A stretch of 64,000 nucleotides of DNA from Eukaryota sp. GEM-RC1 (GCA_040285855.1 JAUFOQ010000010.1:1922001-1986000), one strand, 5' to 3'. Positions 13,183 through 27,048 are shown, counted from the stretch's first letter. Numbers and translations: made by a program. Notes: generated by a model not told the origin, from the letters alone.

Positions 13183-13623
13183 ATGCCTGAACATCCCATT
13201 TTTCCTTTTAGTTCTCCCAAGAAAAGAACATCTCAGCCATCTACTGAGTCTGATGTTTCTGCATCCCACACAGTTGATCCCAATGTTTCCTCCCAATCAG
13301 TAACCGTACCAATGCTATCATCCACATCACCATTCACAGTGACATTGAACCTTCATTTTAACCAACCTCTAACACAACCAATCTCTATCAACCTCAACCC
13401 TTCTTGTGATAACCATCAACCTCTTATGAAGTACGCACGTCACTCCATAGATGAAGACGTCCATCCCTCGCCTTGTGAACTCAAGCTAGAAGAGGCACCG
13501 TGTCAAGATTGGCCTGATTCACTTCCTTTTGAGATTCTACCAGGTGGAGTGAAAGTTCCTTGCCTAAGACCTCGTAGCACAAGAAGTCAAGAGAAGTCTT
13601 CTGTTGAGGGGGTCCGGAAATAG
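13183..13623 (+). CDS. Hypothetical Ser/Pro-rich protein, 146 aa
   Basis: ATG-initiated ORF with higher GC than its AT-rich flanks; SPKKR NLS-like motif; no family recognised. Confidence 0.45.
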   Translation: MPEHPIFPFSSPKKRTSQPSTESDVSASHTVDPNVSSQSVTVPMLSSTSPFTVTLNLHFNQPLTQPISINLNPSCDNHQPLMKYARHSIDEDVHPSPCELKLEEAPCQDWPDSLPFEILPGGVKVPCLRPRSTRSQEKSSVEGVRK

Positions 13624-14574
13624 TAGGAAATAATCTGTTCCTTGTAATATATAAAGTTATTGAAGTTGTGTTTAGTCAGAGAATTATTTTTCAAAGAACA
13701 AACCTGTATTCAATCGTAAAAGAAGGACTTTAAGTTTACTTTAAGAACGTTTGATTGAGGTGATGACGATTACAATCAGTATTTAATAGTGTCTTTTTGC
13801 TGTTTTAGTTGTTATGATATCCGATGATATCATTTGAATATCTGAAATATTCATAGTGATCAGGTCCTGGTTTTATAAATATTAAATATCTATTAACAAA
13901 TTTTTAAATCAATTGGAGAACATACAGCGTTCAATATTGTACAGTGAAATTCAATGTACAACTTATATTCCACAGCTGCTTAGTTTTTTAAAAAGAAGTT
14001 CAAACCTTAAAAAATTCATTTTAAGAGACTAAATCATCTTCAATTAGGCTTAAATTTATGTTTCTCAATGCCTAATTATAATTGTTTCGATTTTTTTTTG
14101 GATATTTGCAAGTAAAATTAATGATGGCTAGCATTGTATTCCAATTTTACGACCAAGATGTTCTAGACTGTGAATGATAAACTTAACTATGGTTTAAAAT
14201 AATCTATTTGTAGATTCACTCACTTTGTTTTTTTAGGTTCTTTATTTGTAAAGAAGTAAGTCACTGGACTTTGTCTCAAATGAACAATTAAAGGGAGTCT
14301 ATACATGTACAATGAACCATCTACAGTATTTTGAAAAGAAAACTCCCAAAATATTTCATCAGATATAATTTTGGTAGTTATCAGTATTCTCGTGATAAAG
14401 TGTCAATCATCGATTAAAATACCATTGAAGATTGTCAAAAATGACAACCATAATTAAAACAAATACACGATAAATTGTATTTACATGCACAATAATTGAT
14501 AATTTAACCTTACTTAAATCTACGCTTGTTGTAGAATAGAAGCTAATATATCTATCGCCAACACTCCTTGTCTA

Positions 14575-16758
14575 TTATCTATCTCTTCTTGTCTTTTTTT
14601 CCTTCAGTGAATTCAAGAAAGCATTTGGATCTTCAGGTAACTTTCCATCAATAGCTTCATAATAAACAACAACTAAATCATCACCTAAATCAATTCCCAA
14701 ATCCTTAACTATAATATTATACAAAGAACCAGTAAAGTTACAGTAAGGTGGTTTGTTATACTCCAATTGTTTAACCTCAGGATCAGCAACCTCTTTGAAG
14801 TAGTCATTGCTTAAAGTATATGGTTTGATCACTGACTCGTGATGAAAACAATCAGCAAAGGCAAGCTGATTGTTTAAAGGAATAGTTGATGCTTCTTCGA
14901 CTAAGTCTTTGTGATGGATAATGAAAACGTCATCACCATCAAAATCACCTCCCTGATAAATGATATAACGTGGGAATGATCCCTTCATTGATTGGAAACA
15001 CCATGACGTTGAAGGGCAATGAGGGTCGCTCTACCAGTTCTATTAATAGAATATCAGAAGTTGAAAGTCCTGGATACCTATAAGCTAGACATTTCCCAAC
15101 TAAACAACCACTCTCAGTTTTGGAGAGAGAAGAATAAGAGGGAGGTTCGAAGGAGGTACGAAGGGCAGCTACTCTAGTAGTGGAAACCCAATTTGAATCA
15201 GGAATAGCTTTAATAAAGTGTAGAAAAGAGACTTTGAAGTGAGGTATCTTGTGTTGTTTTCGAAGATGTTCCACATCTTTTGGTGATGGAAAGTACCCAG
15301 ACTTAACAACACGACGTTCAGCTTGCATTGCACTGGTAAGTGAAGATCTTAGGCCCAGAGAGAGCAAGACTAAGCCAATCATCAAATTGAAGTTGCCAGG
15401 TTTGACTTCAGACCTATTCAACATATTTAAATAATTCGACAGCTTTCCACATGGAGAGAATTTGATCTGAGACTTCCTTAGAGTGATCTTTTTAGAAGAT
15501 TCTGAGTCCAAAACAAACATTCCTTTAGAACCTTGAAATCTACCTTGGAAAGCATGACAATTAAGACCACATAGATCAAAAAATTCAGGAGACATTAGGC
15601 CACAACCATCAGTTTGATTGATTGATAACGTGATAGGTTCAGTTTCTCCACGTGGAACCCACGTGTGAGTGGTGATGACGTCATCGATCACGTCAACATC
15701 ATAACCAAATCCGATTTTGAAAAGAAAACCGTCTGAAAACAATAATTTAAATCTTTTAAATATTTGGGCACTTGAACCTAAAGCAAGTAGCCCTTCGAAA
15801 TGCGACACCACATAAGAAAATGCTTCATTTTCAGAATTTCCAGGAGCGTAGAAAATCCAATCTCTAGATTTCTTTCGACTATCGACTTTTTCTGGAACTT
15901 TTGAAAATTTCATTGATTTTGGAAAATAACACGGTTGCAGAGACCTAACTTTAGTTTTAGACACAAGAGTAGATATTTCATGAGTAGATGGTAGATTCTG
16001 AACATGTTTAAGTAGTAAAACAGGTATGTTGAAATCGTGAGCAACAGCTTCAAGTAGTCTTCTAAATGATCGTAAGTCAGACAATGGCTTTATATGTATG
16101 AGATCTTCTGATGGAGGAGAAGTCTGTACTTCTGTAGGAGGCGAAATCGGTGGAGGGGAGGTCTGTAGTGTGGAAGATGGTTGTAAAGTATGTGACGACG
16201 AAGGTGGAGAAGTAATGTGTGGTGCGGGTGGATCCATGTGTGTTGCGGGTGGAGGAGACAAAGGTGGAAGAGAAGTGAGAGGAGAAGGTTCATGCTGAAT
16301 TAAAGGAGTAGTGTTATAACATGATGAGTTACTGTAAGAGCTTCTTCGAGACCCATTTGTAGAAGGAGAAGATGTAGAACTCAAGTGATAAGCAGCAACA
16401 GTCCCAGGGAACCGGTTCTCCCCAAAAATCATGACAATATATTTGGCACTCATTTGAGTGAGTCTTAAGGCAAAGACTTCTTTCTCCTTAAGAAAGTGTT
16501 CAGGTGTTGTGATATAATTTCGTGATGAGTCAAGAGCAAGAATCCAGCTCGTTGGCTGTTATGTCCACAACGAGACTGGATGAATTCAAAGACAGGACGA
16601 AGAGAAGACATATCACTTTCGGGAACGGTGAAAACGAATGTACCTTTGATATTTGAGAAAAGAATCTCACCAACGGGTGAGTTTTTAAAAGCATCAGTAA
16701 TGTCACCTTTCAGCTTTAGATTTGGGGGATGGACAGCTAGATGGATAGTAACAGACAT
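14575..16758 (-). CDS. Cellular (RNAi-type) RNA-dependent RNA polymerase, compact, with two single-base frameshifts
   Basis: Ordered cRdRP motifs: RFKLLFS, TDGCGLMS, AFQGRFQGSKGM, ITLRKSQIKF, YRYPGL..SDI, VMVFP and catalytic SGGDFDGD (restored by removing one G at about 14952). The 16465-16758 ORF joins via a -1 shift around 16500-16520. Confidence 0.85.
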
Positions 16759-17293
16759 TCCGATTGTGAAGAAAATGAATTTTTTTAATTTAATCCAACA
16801 AGACTGAACACTAATCAGTGGACAATCTGATCATGTTTATACTACTGCTAGTACACGTAAGTCCATCTTTGCCAAACAAAATGTACATAATCTTGTCCTT
16901 TTCATGAGTTAACTGGAACTTATACATTCAAAACACTTACATGGACTGTTGTTATGCTTCGTAAGATAGTGACTTCAATTCGAACATTTATAACGCTTCT
17001 TTTTTAGGGCATTTTCTTTTAATTTAAATGTTCAAAGTATCATGTCATAAAGCACCTACTGTAGAAGTTAGATCCTCTCAAATAGGTTGTTTTCAGTTCT
17101 TGCCTTTTGTTAGACTCCAAATGACGTAGGTCCTCAAGTGATGTGTTGTTTACTATGTTAAGAGGATTGACTAAATAACAAAATTTATATACTTATTGAT
17201 TTTAAAACAGAGTCTGGAGTGTAATCCCTTTAAATTCTTCAAAGAAAGTGTCTATAGTAGTGGCGTGGACTGATTTTGGGTTACAAACGGCAT

Positions 17294-18870
17294 TTCAATT
17301 CGGAGAAAGAGAAACATGATCACGTCATCAAAGAAGATAACGTGACCCTGGTTTCCTCAGATCCGAGAATGAAAAAGACAGAAGATGTGAGAGGAAGGAG
17401 AATCATCACAGAAGCTGAGATAAAGATTGTTTCAGATCAGATGCAATGGTGTCATCATTCGAATGTACTGAGGTCACACACTAGAGAGAAGAAGAGGAAG
17501 CAATTTTTCAAGAAGGATATAAGCGCTAAACTGATGTTGCATAGAAGTGAGTGTGATCACCATAACCAAACGAACTCCCTTTCCGTGAAAAGGAAGTGGT
17601 GATAGGGGAGTGGTGTTGGAATAGAATCGCGAAGAAAAAGAGTCGTTTGTATATGTAGTATAGCCTTGGTTGTATGTAGAGCATAAGGAGCAACTTTTGA
17701 TTGAACACAATCACAAAACTCCGCTGCAAATCATGAAGACGCATTTGAAATTCAGAGAAGAGTGGAGGTTGAACACATGAGAAAATGGTCTTCGAGTTGG
17801 ATCAAATCGATCCTGTTCTTGTTCATGTTACATGTCAAAGAATTTCTTCGAGAATCAGTCAGTTGGGGATCCGTTTTAGTGGATCTATTTGAACCACAGA
17901 TGACGATTGGACTAATCCCAGAAGCAATTGTGTTCAGCTGAAACCTCTGAGAAATGTCTTGACTAACAGCTGACACTGTAGATAAGTCTGTAAATTGGTA
18001 TGATATTCAGGAGCTGTTAATAATCACACTCAGTGTCGTTAAAATGGTTTGGTCAAATCTAATGGGGTCAATTCCACTTACACAAGGAGCAATTGCACAG
18101 AAGTAACTTCTATGGATGAATGAACGTTCGTAAGCCATGATGAATCGGGTAGCATGTGTTATTTTGGTAGCAGCAACAAGCTGCGTGTAGAACATTTTTC
18201 TCAACGATTCTGCTCTTAAAAAAGAGTACAAATTGAAAATAGGTAGAGTTGCGTTTCAATGCAACGAATCAGCAGTGCCATTCCAATGTTGGTTGTTGAG
18301 TTGTGAATGTAACTGAAGAGTTTGCAATTTCAATCCCAATGTCTTCACCTTAACAACTTAGTTCTATATCTCGCCACACCTACATTGAAGATAACAGAAA
18401 AAGATTTGGTTTGTGTTGATTTTACAGTATGTTAAATCTATTACTTACAATCATACTCATTTTAGTTACTCTTAGCAAACGTAGAGCGACCATAGCTTCC
18501 ATGGCTAGAGAACTCGCCAACACCTATCAGTGTGAGACTTTTTTTCTTACTATAAGTAAGTCTGGTAATGTAGTAGTACATTCTTCAGACAAGTTCGCTC
18601 CTCTATTACAGTCGAGTGCCTTTCAAGAATTGTTACAGCGCACACTGAACCCAACTTAATAGCCCTAAATTACACAGCCTTATACCTACACTGCCGTGTA
18701 TCACATTGACTTCATCATGCTTCCAGAATCAGAACTGTTAGCTCTGGTCTGCTCTAAAGATCAATTGAACACACTTGTTCAAACAACAGCGCACTAAAGC
18801 CGATGACCTAATCTTCTCTTGGTCCTGAATCTACCTAGCAGCGGCACCATTCCATTGGAATTTTACTTGA
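17294..18870. repeat. Duplicated segment, copy 1 (paralog at 28644-29960), containing a MADS-box gene and a decayed divergent ORF
   Basis: Collinear similarity from TTCAATTCGGAG...CACGTCATC through the MADS exons to CTTGG..TGAATCTACC. Confidence 0.75.
18339..18659 (+). pseudogene. SRF/Mcm1-type MADS-box pseudogene (TAA at codon 5) with 57-nt GT-AG intron 18409-18465
   Basis: Spliced frame reads YIEDNRKRFVTLSKRRATIASMARELANTYQCETFFLTISKSGNVVVHSSDKFAPLL; the intron contains an in-frame TGA. Confidence 0.75.
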
Positions 18871-19601
18871 TGTCCACAGGGTTACTATTACATTTCAATT
18901 AGTCATTGTTCTTGGCAAGAAGGATTGTTTGAAACTGAAATCGTCAATGTCAAACATATCACGATAAGAACACTGTTCCTCATTGTTTTTGATCACTGAG
19001 AAACAGTGTCACCGTAAACTACTACCCTAGCAGTGTTGTCTGACGTCTTTCTAAAGATCAATTTGTAGAGCACATCCATAATAGTTTTTCTGTTAGATGG
19101 TTTCACTCAGTGAACAAACCGTTCAATTCAGGCCTAATTGCCATACTGCTTCAGATAAAGACCAGTTTGGATTAGTACACACTGTAAATCTCATATGTTA
19201 GAGATGGCCGATGACACTCATTGAGGTTTACAGTGTTTCAAATTCTCAATTTGAATTAAATTGTGTTTCATTATCTACATCTTCATTGTTATACACTAAA
19301 TTCATCACCGTAAACTCCAACGATCACTGTGGTGACAAGCTTATACGATTCTACACTTGAAGAGATATGTTTTAATAAAGATTTTGATATGATAACAATT
19401 ACATGAGACATTTGGCAAATGTTGTACTTTGTTTCAAACAAACGTTATCAATGTAGTATAGTACGTTCAAAAAAAGTAGTTGACGTGTAATAAAGGGATA
19501 TACTGCAGGAAACTCAAATGTTATATATTACATGTCATAACTTATTTAATCTTCATTTTAAAACATAGTTGTACTTCACAAATCGTAATGATATTTGTGA
19601 T

Positions 19602-22600
19602 CTGTGATCATATATAATAGCTAATAGCAATCGTAAACCATCTTAAATTCATTCCATACTTCCGTATGACTCCTACTTCTAACAACCCAAAGCAATAATA
19701 GATATTGGCGGAAAAGGCCTAGAAGAAACTAACCCCTGATGAATTCTCTGCTTGTTTTGGTGGAGTACCTTCTTCGGACGGGTCAGGAAAACTCCCCTCC
19801 CCGAAACGCAAGGTCGCTTCCAAATCATCTCCGGAAAAGGAAGGAGGTACTCTCAACATCTCTACTGAAAAGGATAGAGGTACACCTAAATCCTCTCCTA
19901 AAAGGGATGGAGGTACTCCCAACATCTCTCTTGAAAAGAATGAAGGAACCTCCCACTTCTCTCCTGAAAAGGACGATGAATCAATCGAATACTCATGCGG
20001 AATCTCTTCTGAAAAGAACCGATTGGAACCTCAAACTCTGGACCAACAAATAACACCCCCACAATTCGTGGAACCTCACATATATTGGGAGAATATCGCC
20101 AACTCCTCTCATGAACAGAAAATGTTTCCTCTTCTATATGTATAACGGAATTTTTGGTGTGAAGAATAAAGCAAGTTCAAGGTCTTAAACCATACCTGGG
20201 CATGACAACAAATTGAATTTTGTCATGATGTCATGACATGACAAACATGACAAGCAACCACTATTTCCAATATGTAATGATAGTTATTCAACAACAGTCT
20301 ACATGTATGAATATTCTTTTTATTCTTCATTTCCACAATTTTTCAGCTTGTATACTGCTAAGAACCTCACTGAATTATCTTTTGCACCAGCACGAGTCTG
20401 TGGTTCATTTGTTGTGATATAATTATATCATCATCATTTTATATGTCATTTACACTAAAGATTTTGCATATAAACTAGGAATATCAGATAATGTTAGAAT
20501 GTAACTGAGAAAAAAGGAAGAGAGGTTGTTTGGACAATGTCGGGCGACAAAGGGTTCATTTGTTGGAGGTGTATTCGCAGCAAATAATTATGTCTAAATG
20601 ATATGTCATAACGCTTCACAAAAATACACAATGGCGTCATGACGTCATGATGCCATGCCCAGGTATGTCTTAAACCCTTTCTCTCTTGCACCGGATGATG
20701 GTAAATAATGCCTTCCTCATTGAAAAATGACACATGATTCCAATTCGTACTTTGTTATCAATTTTTGCTATAAACAAGCTCAAACAATTCGACCTATTCC
20801 ATTTCAATAGGGTGGACAATACTTTTATTATTTCTCTCTGTTGATGGCCGGTTTCGATATCACACAGCTCTATCATTAGTTGTCGATCTCATATTCCGTT
20901 CTTCGTGATCGAAGACTTAAACCCTGTCTTCAAACAATCTCAAACCAGTTTGAACTGTTCAATAGTGAAATGTTCGTTTTTGTTTACGAGATCCAGTCAA
21001 ATTTCATCCCCATACATTGCTCACACAGATGAAATTCAGTTTTTAAGTGAAATCCAACCCAATATCAATCCCATTCATGGTTCTCAATGATAAATTCCAT
21101 CGCTTTAGGACGTCCAATTCAACATTCATGGTGCTCAATGATACAATTCCGTTTGGCAATTCAAATTTCAATACACATTCCAACTTACTTCGGTATCCCC
21201 ATCGTTTACACTGACGTAGATCTAATCTATAAAAAGAAGAGTCTCATAAGCATTTAGACATCTACCAAGATTAACAAGATCGTTTAAGACCGAAATCTCA
21301 ATTGATGTTTCCACCAAACATAGTTGGGAAATACATTTTTTCTCAATTCTCGGCATCCACAAGTGCAAGTTTGTAACCAACAAACATTCGATCAACATAT
21401 TAGGCATTATCTTCCACAACAATAACCAGATACATCGATGACCTCAGAATCAAAGCTGTTCTTGGAATTCCCAATTTTCAAGACATTGAAAATATCAGAA
21501 GCCTTGTAATCTCCATCAACAACATCAGAGACTGGCTAATAGTAACATCCCAGTTTATAGCCCCTATCATTGCCCTAACAAAGGAAACACTAAAGGAGTG
21601 AAATGGGAACCCATTCTTCAACAGGCTTTCGACTCAATCAAAAAGTTGACAATCAATCAAATTCCCATCGACCTTCCTGGTCCCAATTCCAACGTCTTTA
21701 TTAGCGCAGGCGCTTCTGACTGAGCAGTGGGAGGCGTCATCTGGAACGAGACTACTCCAAGTCCTCCAGGAACTCCGCTAGATCGAAAGTTTCAACCTAT
21801 AAGTTTCTACAACAAAATACTGACCGAATGTCAGCTTAACCGGGCAACAATTTAGAAAGAATTTTATGTCTTTCTATCCATCTTGACAGAATCGAGTCTA
21901 ATCAACTACTTCAAAACTATACACCTTACAATCTTCACAGATCACAAGAACCTACAGTAGCATATCCTATTTCGTGTCCCGATAAGAACAGAATGGTCAA
22001 GAGATGGCTATTTGTGCAATCAGAATACCAATTCGACATAGTACACACATCCAGAGAAGTCAACCATTGGGCAGACATGCTCTCTCGGTTATGTCCTCAA
22101 CACATTCCAATGCTCAGCTCACTGATGATTCAGTAGCTACTCCAAGAATTGACCACACAAACATTTCATCAATTAACAGTCTCCGTGAAGTTGTACAAAG
22201 AGATCTCCCAATTTTCAGCAATTGGTTGAGCAGAATTCGTTTCGAACAGTGTAAAGCAATCGAATTAAACGAACCCATCTTCATCAACACGACATTCAAC
22301 GATAGAGTACAGTTATACTTGACTCCAAACAAGAAAATCCCGATCCCACTGTCCCTTCACCATCATCATTGAAAATCAAGAACCTTGTATCTGGCGTTGA
22401 ATCCCAAGCCATTGTACATCAATGAAAGCTGTACAACTCTGACCTTCCATCTCACCATGGTATACATCAACAAATCGCAGCAGGTGATAAGGAAGAACAT
22501 GTCACTATCCAAGTATTGGAACAGTTCCACTCACATGAAGGAGTTATGTTGTCTGTTCTATGATATGGCGGTGTTATCACAACAGTTGCTTCTTCTAGCA

Positions 22601-22855
22601 TTAAAAACACAAAAACCTTTGTCGAGTTCATGAAAAATAATAATAATCGTCCCTGGAGCCCCAGAAAGAGAACCTCATCGAAAGCTAACTCTAACGAAAC
22701 TCCAATAGCAAAGAGAACTCGTTGAAGCGTTGGTTCGAAGAACAAACAAGAAGTAGTTTAGATATATAATAGCTAATAGCAATCATAAATCACGTTAATT
22801 TCATTCCATACTTCCGTATGACTCTATTTGTAAGATCCTAAAGCAACAATAAGAG
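19602..22855 (+). mobile_element. Degenerate Ty3/gypsy LTR retrotransposon with about 100-bp LTRs (about 19602-19703 and 22757-22855)
   Basis: Direct repeats ATATATAATAGCTAATAGCAATC...TTCATTCCATACTTCCGTATGACTC...AAAGCAA. Purine-rich tract before the right LTR and TTGGCG after the left. Internal remnants of RT thumb/connection (W...QQAFDSIK) and RNase H (ASD*AVGGVI, FYNKILTECQ, FTDHKNL, WADMLSR) at about 21400-22090, with stops. Confidence 0.8.
20191..20667. mobile_element. hAT-type MITE (477 bp) nested in the gypsy remnant
   Basis: TIR CATACCTGGGCATG at both ends; perfect 8-bp TSD TCTTAAAC (20183-20190, 20668-20675); subterminal CATGAC repeats. Confidence 0.9.
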
Positions 22856-23127
22856 TCAAAATTGGGACATGTAGGTTTAATGCATCCACAGATGTGATTT
22901 GTGATCATAATGTTTTCATGGTGTATGATGTGAATTATCATGTTAATTGACTATGGTTTGTTGAATAGAAACAATCAAATAATGACTGTATGTATCGTTT
23001 GCTTCCAAAATACGTGAGTGAAAACATGGGGCAAAAAATCAGTAGCGATGAACTATTTACAGAACAATACTCCTTAAGACAGCTATTTAAAATCTAGATT
23101 CCATCTTATGATACCGTTTGGCTACAA

Positions 23128-23199
23128 TGAGTAGGGAAAAGATGTTTATAAATAAAGTAATATGAACTTGTAACACTTCATCAACACATATGGCTAACA
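23128..23199. repeat. Short LTR-like dispersed repeat, copy 3
   Basis: TGAGTAGGGAAAAGATGTTTATAAA...TAACACTTCATCAACACATATGGCTAACA. Confidence 0.55.
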
Positions 23200-23229
23200 C
23201 ATATGTGTCCGATCGACATTTAATAGTTG

Positions 23230-24310
23230 ATAATGAAATCTTTGCTTCTTTTTAAATTTTGACGCTGGTATGCTCAATTTGAAATATTTGTCGATGATCT
23301 ACAACAATTCAATAATCCGGAGAGTAATACTGCCAGATAGTCCCAAGAGTTTGAGCTCTTTTGTAAGTGATTGTGAAACAGTGTGTGCAAATCGACTTCC
23401 TTTTTCAATTGATTTTGATCTCCACTTTATTGATTATAAAGAAGGAGTGTTTAGCTTTGAAGAAAATTGTGACCAAGTAACTGTTAATACAGTATCGTCT
23501 CTATGATCAATTGTGGGTAGATTTAGTATCAAAAAGCTTGTTCTTAAAAGGTTTTGCTTAGAAACTGAGACTATTGCCATTTTGTGTGACTGAACCAGAG
23601 CGAATAATTTATTGAGTTCTGTTGGCTTCAGTGGCCAAAGACTACCTATAACATCATCTGATTTTTTTGATTACTTCCGCTCTCGTGATGATATCTTTCG
23701 TTTCAAGGAACTTTCCGTTGCTGATTTCTCGAACCTATTCAATGCCTTTTGATTAAGTTGCTCTTTAATAGTGATTAATGTGAGTAGCAATGACATTAAG
23801 TTTGACACTCTTCTGGCTATTTTCAAACAGTTTTCTACTCACCAATCACGACCAAGTATTGACGTTGATCCTCGTTGGATTGATATTTCTCATAGCTGAA
23901 TTGAGTTGAAAAGGATGTGTTTTGTTTTTTCCTGAACAATCCACCTCCATTACTCCTAATTTTCCTTCTCTTGGTCTTAAAGAACTCATCTTACAAGGAA
24001 TTCGTTTCACTGAAGATGCTTTAGCAGTGTTATGTGATTTGTTAATAGTCAATACTTCACTTACTCATCTTCAATTATCTTATTGTGATTTGTCTGATAC
24101 AGATTTCTTGAGAATAGTTGATTCTCTTCGAGTTAGTTCTTCTTCAAAATGTAAGAGCAATGTACTTTAGGAGGTAATCCATATGGAAATTCCAGTGCAA
24201 AGCATTAACTGAATTATTGAAAATAAATTCAGTTTCTAAAATTGACCTTTGGGGTAATTTTATTGGTAATGAAAGTTAGAATTTTCATTAAAAGGATTGT
24301 ATTTCTGTAG
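23230..24310 (+). pseudogene. Decayed member of the LRR family
   Basis: KSLSSFVSDCETVC, FDLHFID and LKELILQG.RFT.DALAVLCDLL match the 36-64 kb paralogs; many stops and shifts. Confidence 0.85.
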
Positions 24311-25858
24311 ACTTAATCAAATCAATCAAAATTCGATGGCTCTCAGTTGCTATTTCAAGAACTGATCAATGTCTTTTGCTAGTTGAAGGTAAATTATTCG
24401 ACGCTAGTGGTGTCAGTAAAGTTCTTCAAAATTGTACTATATATGGCCTTCACTAATTTTGATTATGATCACGTTTGTCTTTTATCAAACAGCATTAATG
24501 CAAATTGACAAACTAGAACTACAGTGTTCTTAAAACTTCACAAACAGATCATAAATTATAACACGATTTTCGGGGTTTTTGATTGGTGAATGTTTGTTTT
24601 CTTCAGTATTTTTTTACTTGAAGTGCGATACTGTTTTTTCATACAATAGCTCAAATGTAGAATGAATCAAATATATCAGTATCCCTTTAGATGATGACGT
24701 GATAGTAATACGTTATCCAGACTAGTTAAACAAACAAGTCTTGAAAACACTTGTTTGGTTTATCATTTGAACGGATATTTGATAACGATAACCTTTGTGC
24801 ATTTTACACTTTAGCGCGGTTGATTTCTATTAGTTAACCATGCACTTGAGGTCAGGTATACTCAAACCAAGTGCGAAACTCTCTTTCAGATGATAGTCAG
24901 ATGAACGTCATGCCACCAATTAACAACAACATAACCTTAGGTTGTGTTCATTTTCTTAGAGAATGTCAAAATTTCCTGAAACGAATTACTAGATGTTGAT
25001 GAAGCTGTCTTCGCATTCAACACACCTGTTGTTCAGGAGTGAACGCAAGATAACTTCTAGCAATTAAAATGCTGCTTAATCTTTTTGGTTCTCGATGAAT
25101 TGATAACAATATTGGAGCAACCAGAAGAAGAAAAAGGTAATATACTTAGAGACGAGCCAAAATCTGTCCAATCGAGCGGTTTTCCCTTACTATGACTTGA
25201 ACTATGACATTTTTGTGTAACTGATTTTTGTTTTATCAGTGTTTTCATTTATATATTACCTTTTTAGTAGAACCTTATGTTTGCAATAAGTAAAACACGG
25301 AATTATTTATCTTAATTTCACATTTAGTTTTGGTTTTTGTTGTTGTTCAAAAAAAATGAGGTGGCATGATCTGTTTCTGTTTAAATTAGTTTATTAAATA
25401 GACTACTGAAGATTTTCGTTAAAAACGCTCCTTATTAAGTTGATATTTCAAATGCTCAATTTTCTTTTGTGTTCTATCATTGATGCGTTTCTGTAAACAG
25501 TGTGGCTTTCATCAGTGTCCATGTTCCAGTATGGATGTGCTTTTCAAGAACAATTCTACATTGTAGCAACTGAAAATCGTACATGCGCTGATCCAATATC
25601 GGCATTTTCTTCACAGTATTGGACATGAGAGTAACTGTTCTTTGAATCTGATTGTTGATGTCATTCAAGTGTTTTGGGCGACAAGCATGTTTCGAATATT
25701 TGGAATATATGAGCTTACGACCTAGATAAGCACAGAAACACTGATAAAAAACTGACAATTTGTGGACAATATTTAAGAGTATCCCAGTCAAATTGCCACC
25801 ATTTGGACAATAATATGTACTAAGGGCAACGGCATGAGTGTCTGAGGTGGCTTGCTTG

Positions 25859-26391
25859 AAGAGATGGGAAAATACTCTACTAGAGTAGAGTAATTGAGTA
25901 GAGTATACCGAGTACTACTCGAGTACTATTCTTACTCACTTTTCTGAAGTGTGAGAATATCCTCGAGTACTACATAACTGAACTTATTTGATTAGTCGAA
26001 ACTATCGTATGAATGGTTAGTAGTCTTATACTGTAGCGATAAATTAATGCGGTTTACTTAACGTCTAGGTGATATTAATAGATGTTGTTCATTTCTGTTC
26101 ATTATATTCAATTTGGCTAATCAATTTGAGTATGTTCAAGCAATTTTGAGTTTGGAATGGTAAAGCTGAAATTCATTATCTGATAAATAGATCTTTTTAC
26201 TACAAATAGATCATTACAGAGCTGTGTTTATTTGCTAGAAAGTCTAATTCAAATGTTTGTTGATGAGTACTACTCGAGTACTACTTGAGTATATCCTCGA
26301 GTACTACTCAGTGAGTCTACTCGGATACTTGAGTAGTGTTCATACTGACTTTTCAGGGACTGTGAGTAGTACTCGAGTATTTTCATCTCTA
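25859..26391. mobile_element. hAT-type MITE (533 bp)
   Basis: TIR (T/A)AGAGATG..AAAATACTC; 8-bp TSD CTTGCTTG (25851-25858, 26392-26399); subterminal GAGTACTACTCGAGTA arrays. Confidence 0.85.
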
Positions 26392-26434
26392 CTTGCTTGT
26401 GCTAGCAAAAACATGAAAGCGGTGTTGTTTGTAT

Positions 26435-27048
26435 CATAGTTGGGAAATACACCACCTCCGAAAATAAAATACACAAAAATACAAAAAATACAAATTTCTA
26501 ACATAATTCTATTTTGGTATTTGCATTTGTTGAAATATTAGAAATACCGCTTAGTATCAACATTTAATGTCACTTTCGGTTAATCCTGAGACATGATCAG
26601 ATTCTACATTCTGTTTTACCACTCACATTGAGTGTTTACATTCTGCAAAGCGTATCTGGAACTTTCATCTCAAATTTGGTGTCGTTGATTACGGATTTTG
26701 ATCACGTCTCAATTATAACACAATCTTAATTAATTAGTCCGTCTATTTTACGACCAATTCAAAAGTACTAGGCATAACCAAAATGTGTTTTACAGAAGAA
26801 TACTATGAATGTTGTGTTTGTTAAGTAGATTCATAACTTCATGTTACTGATTTATGGACTGATTAGTTGTTCTGATAACCAAAACACGCAAATTCGAGGC
26901 ATATGACCACTTGCATAGTCAAAATTGGCTTTCTGCAAAAAATACAGAAAATACAAAAACAACACTTAAAACCGAATTTAAAAAATACAGAAAAATACAA
27001 AAAATACAAAAAATACAAATAATACAAAAAGTGTATTTCCCAACTATG
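26435..27048. mobile_element. hAT-type MITE (614 bp)
   Basis: Perfect 18-bp TIR CATAGTTGGGAAATACAC; 8-bp TSD GTTTGTAT (26427-26434, 27049-27056); subterminal AAAATAC arrays. Confidence 0.92.

Noticed and set aside
16098..16298. Gly/Glu-rich plus-strand ORF, and similar antisense ORFs over the LRR, MULE and CDK genes
   Set aside because: These are shadows of coding sequence on the opposite strand (here the Pro/Ser linker of the RdRP).
18429..18480. Apparent signal peptide or TM helix (MLNLLLTIILILV; also 29627-29668)
   Set aside because: It is translated intron sequence; splicing restores the MADS helix.
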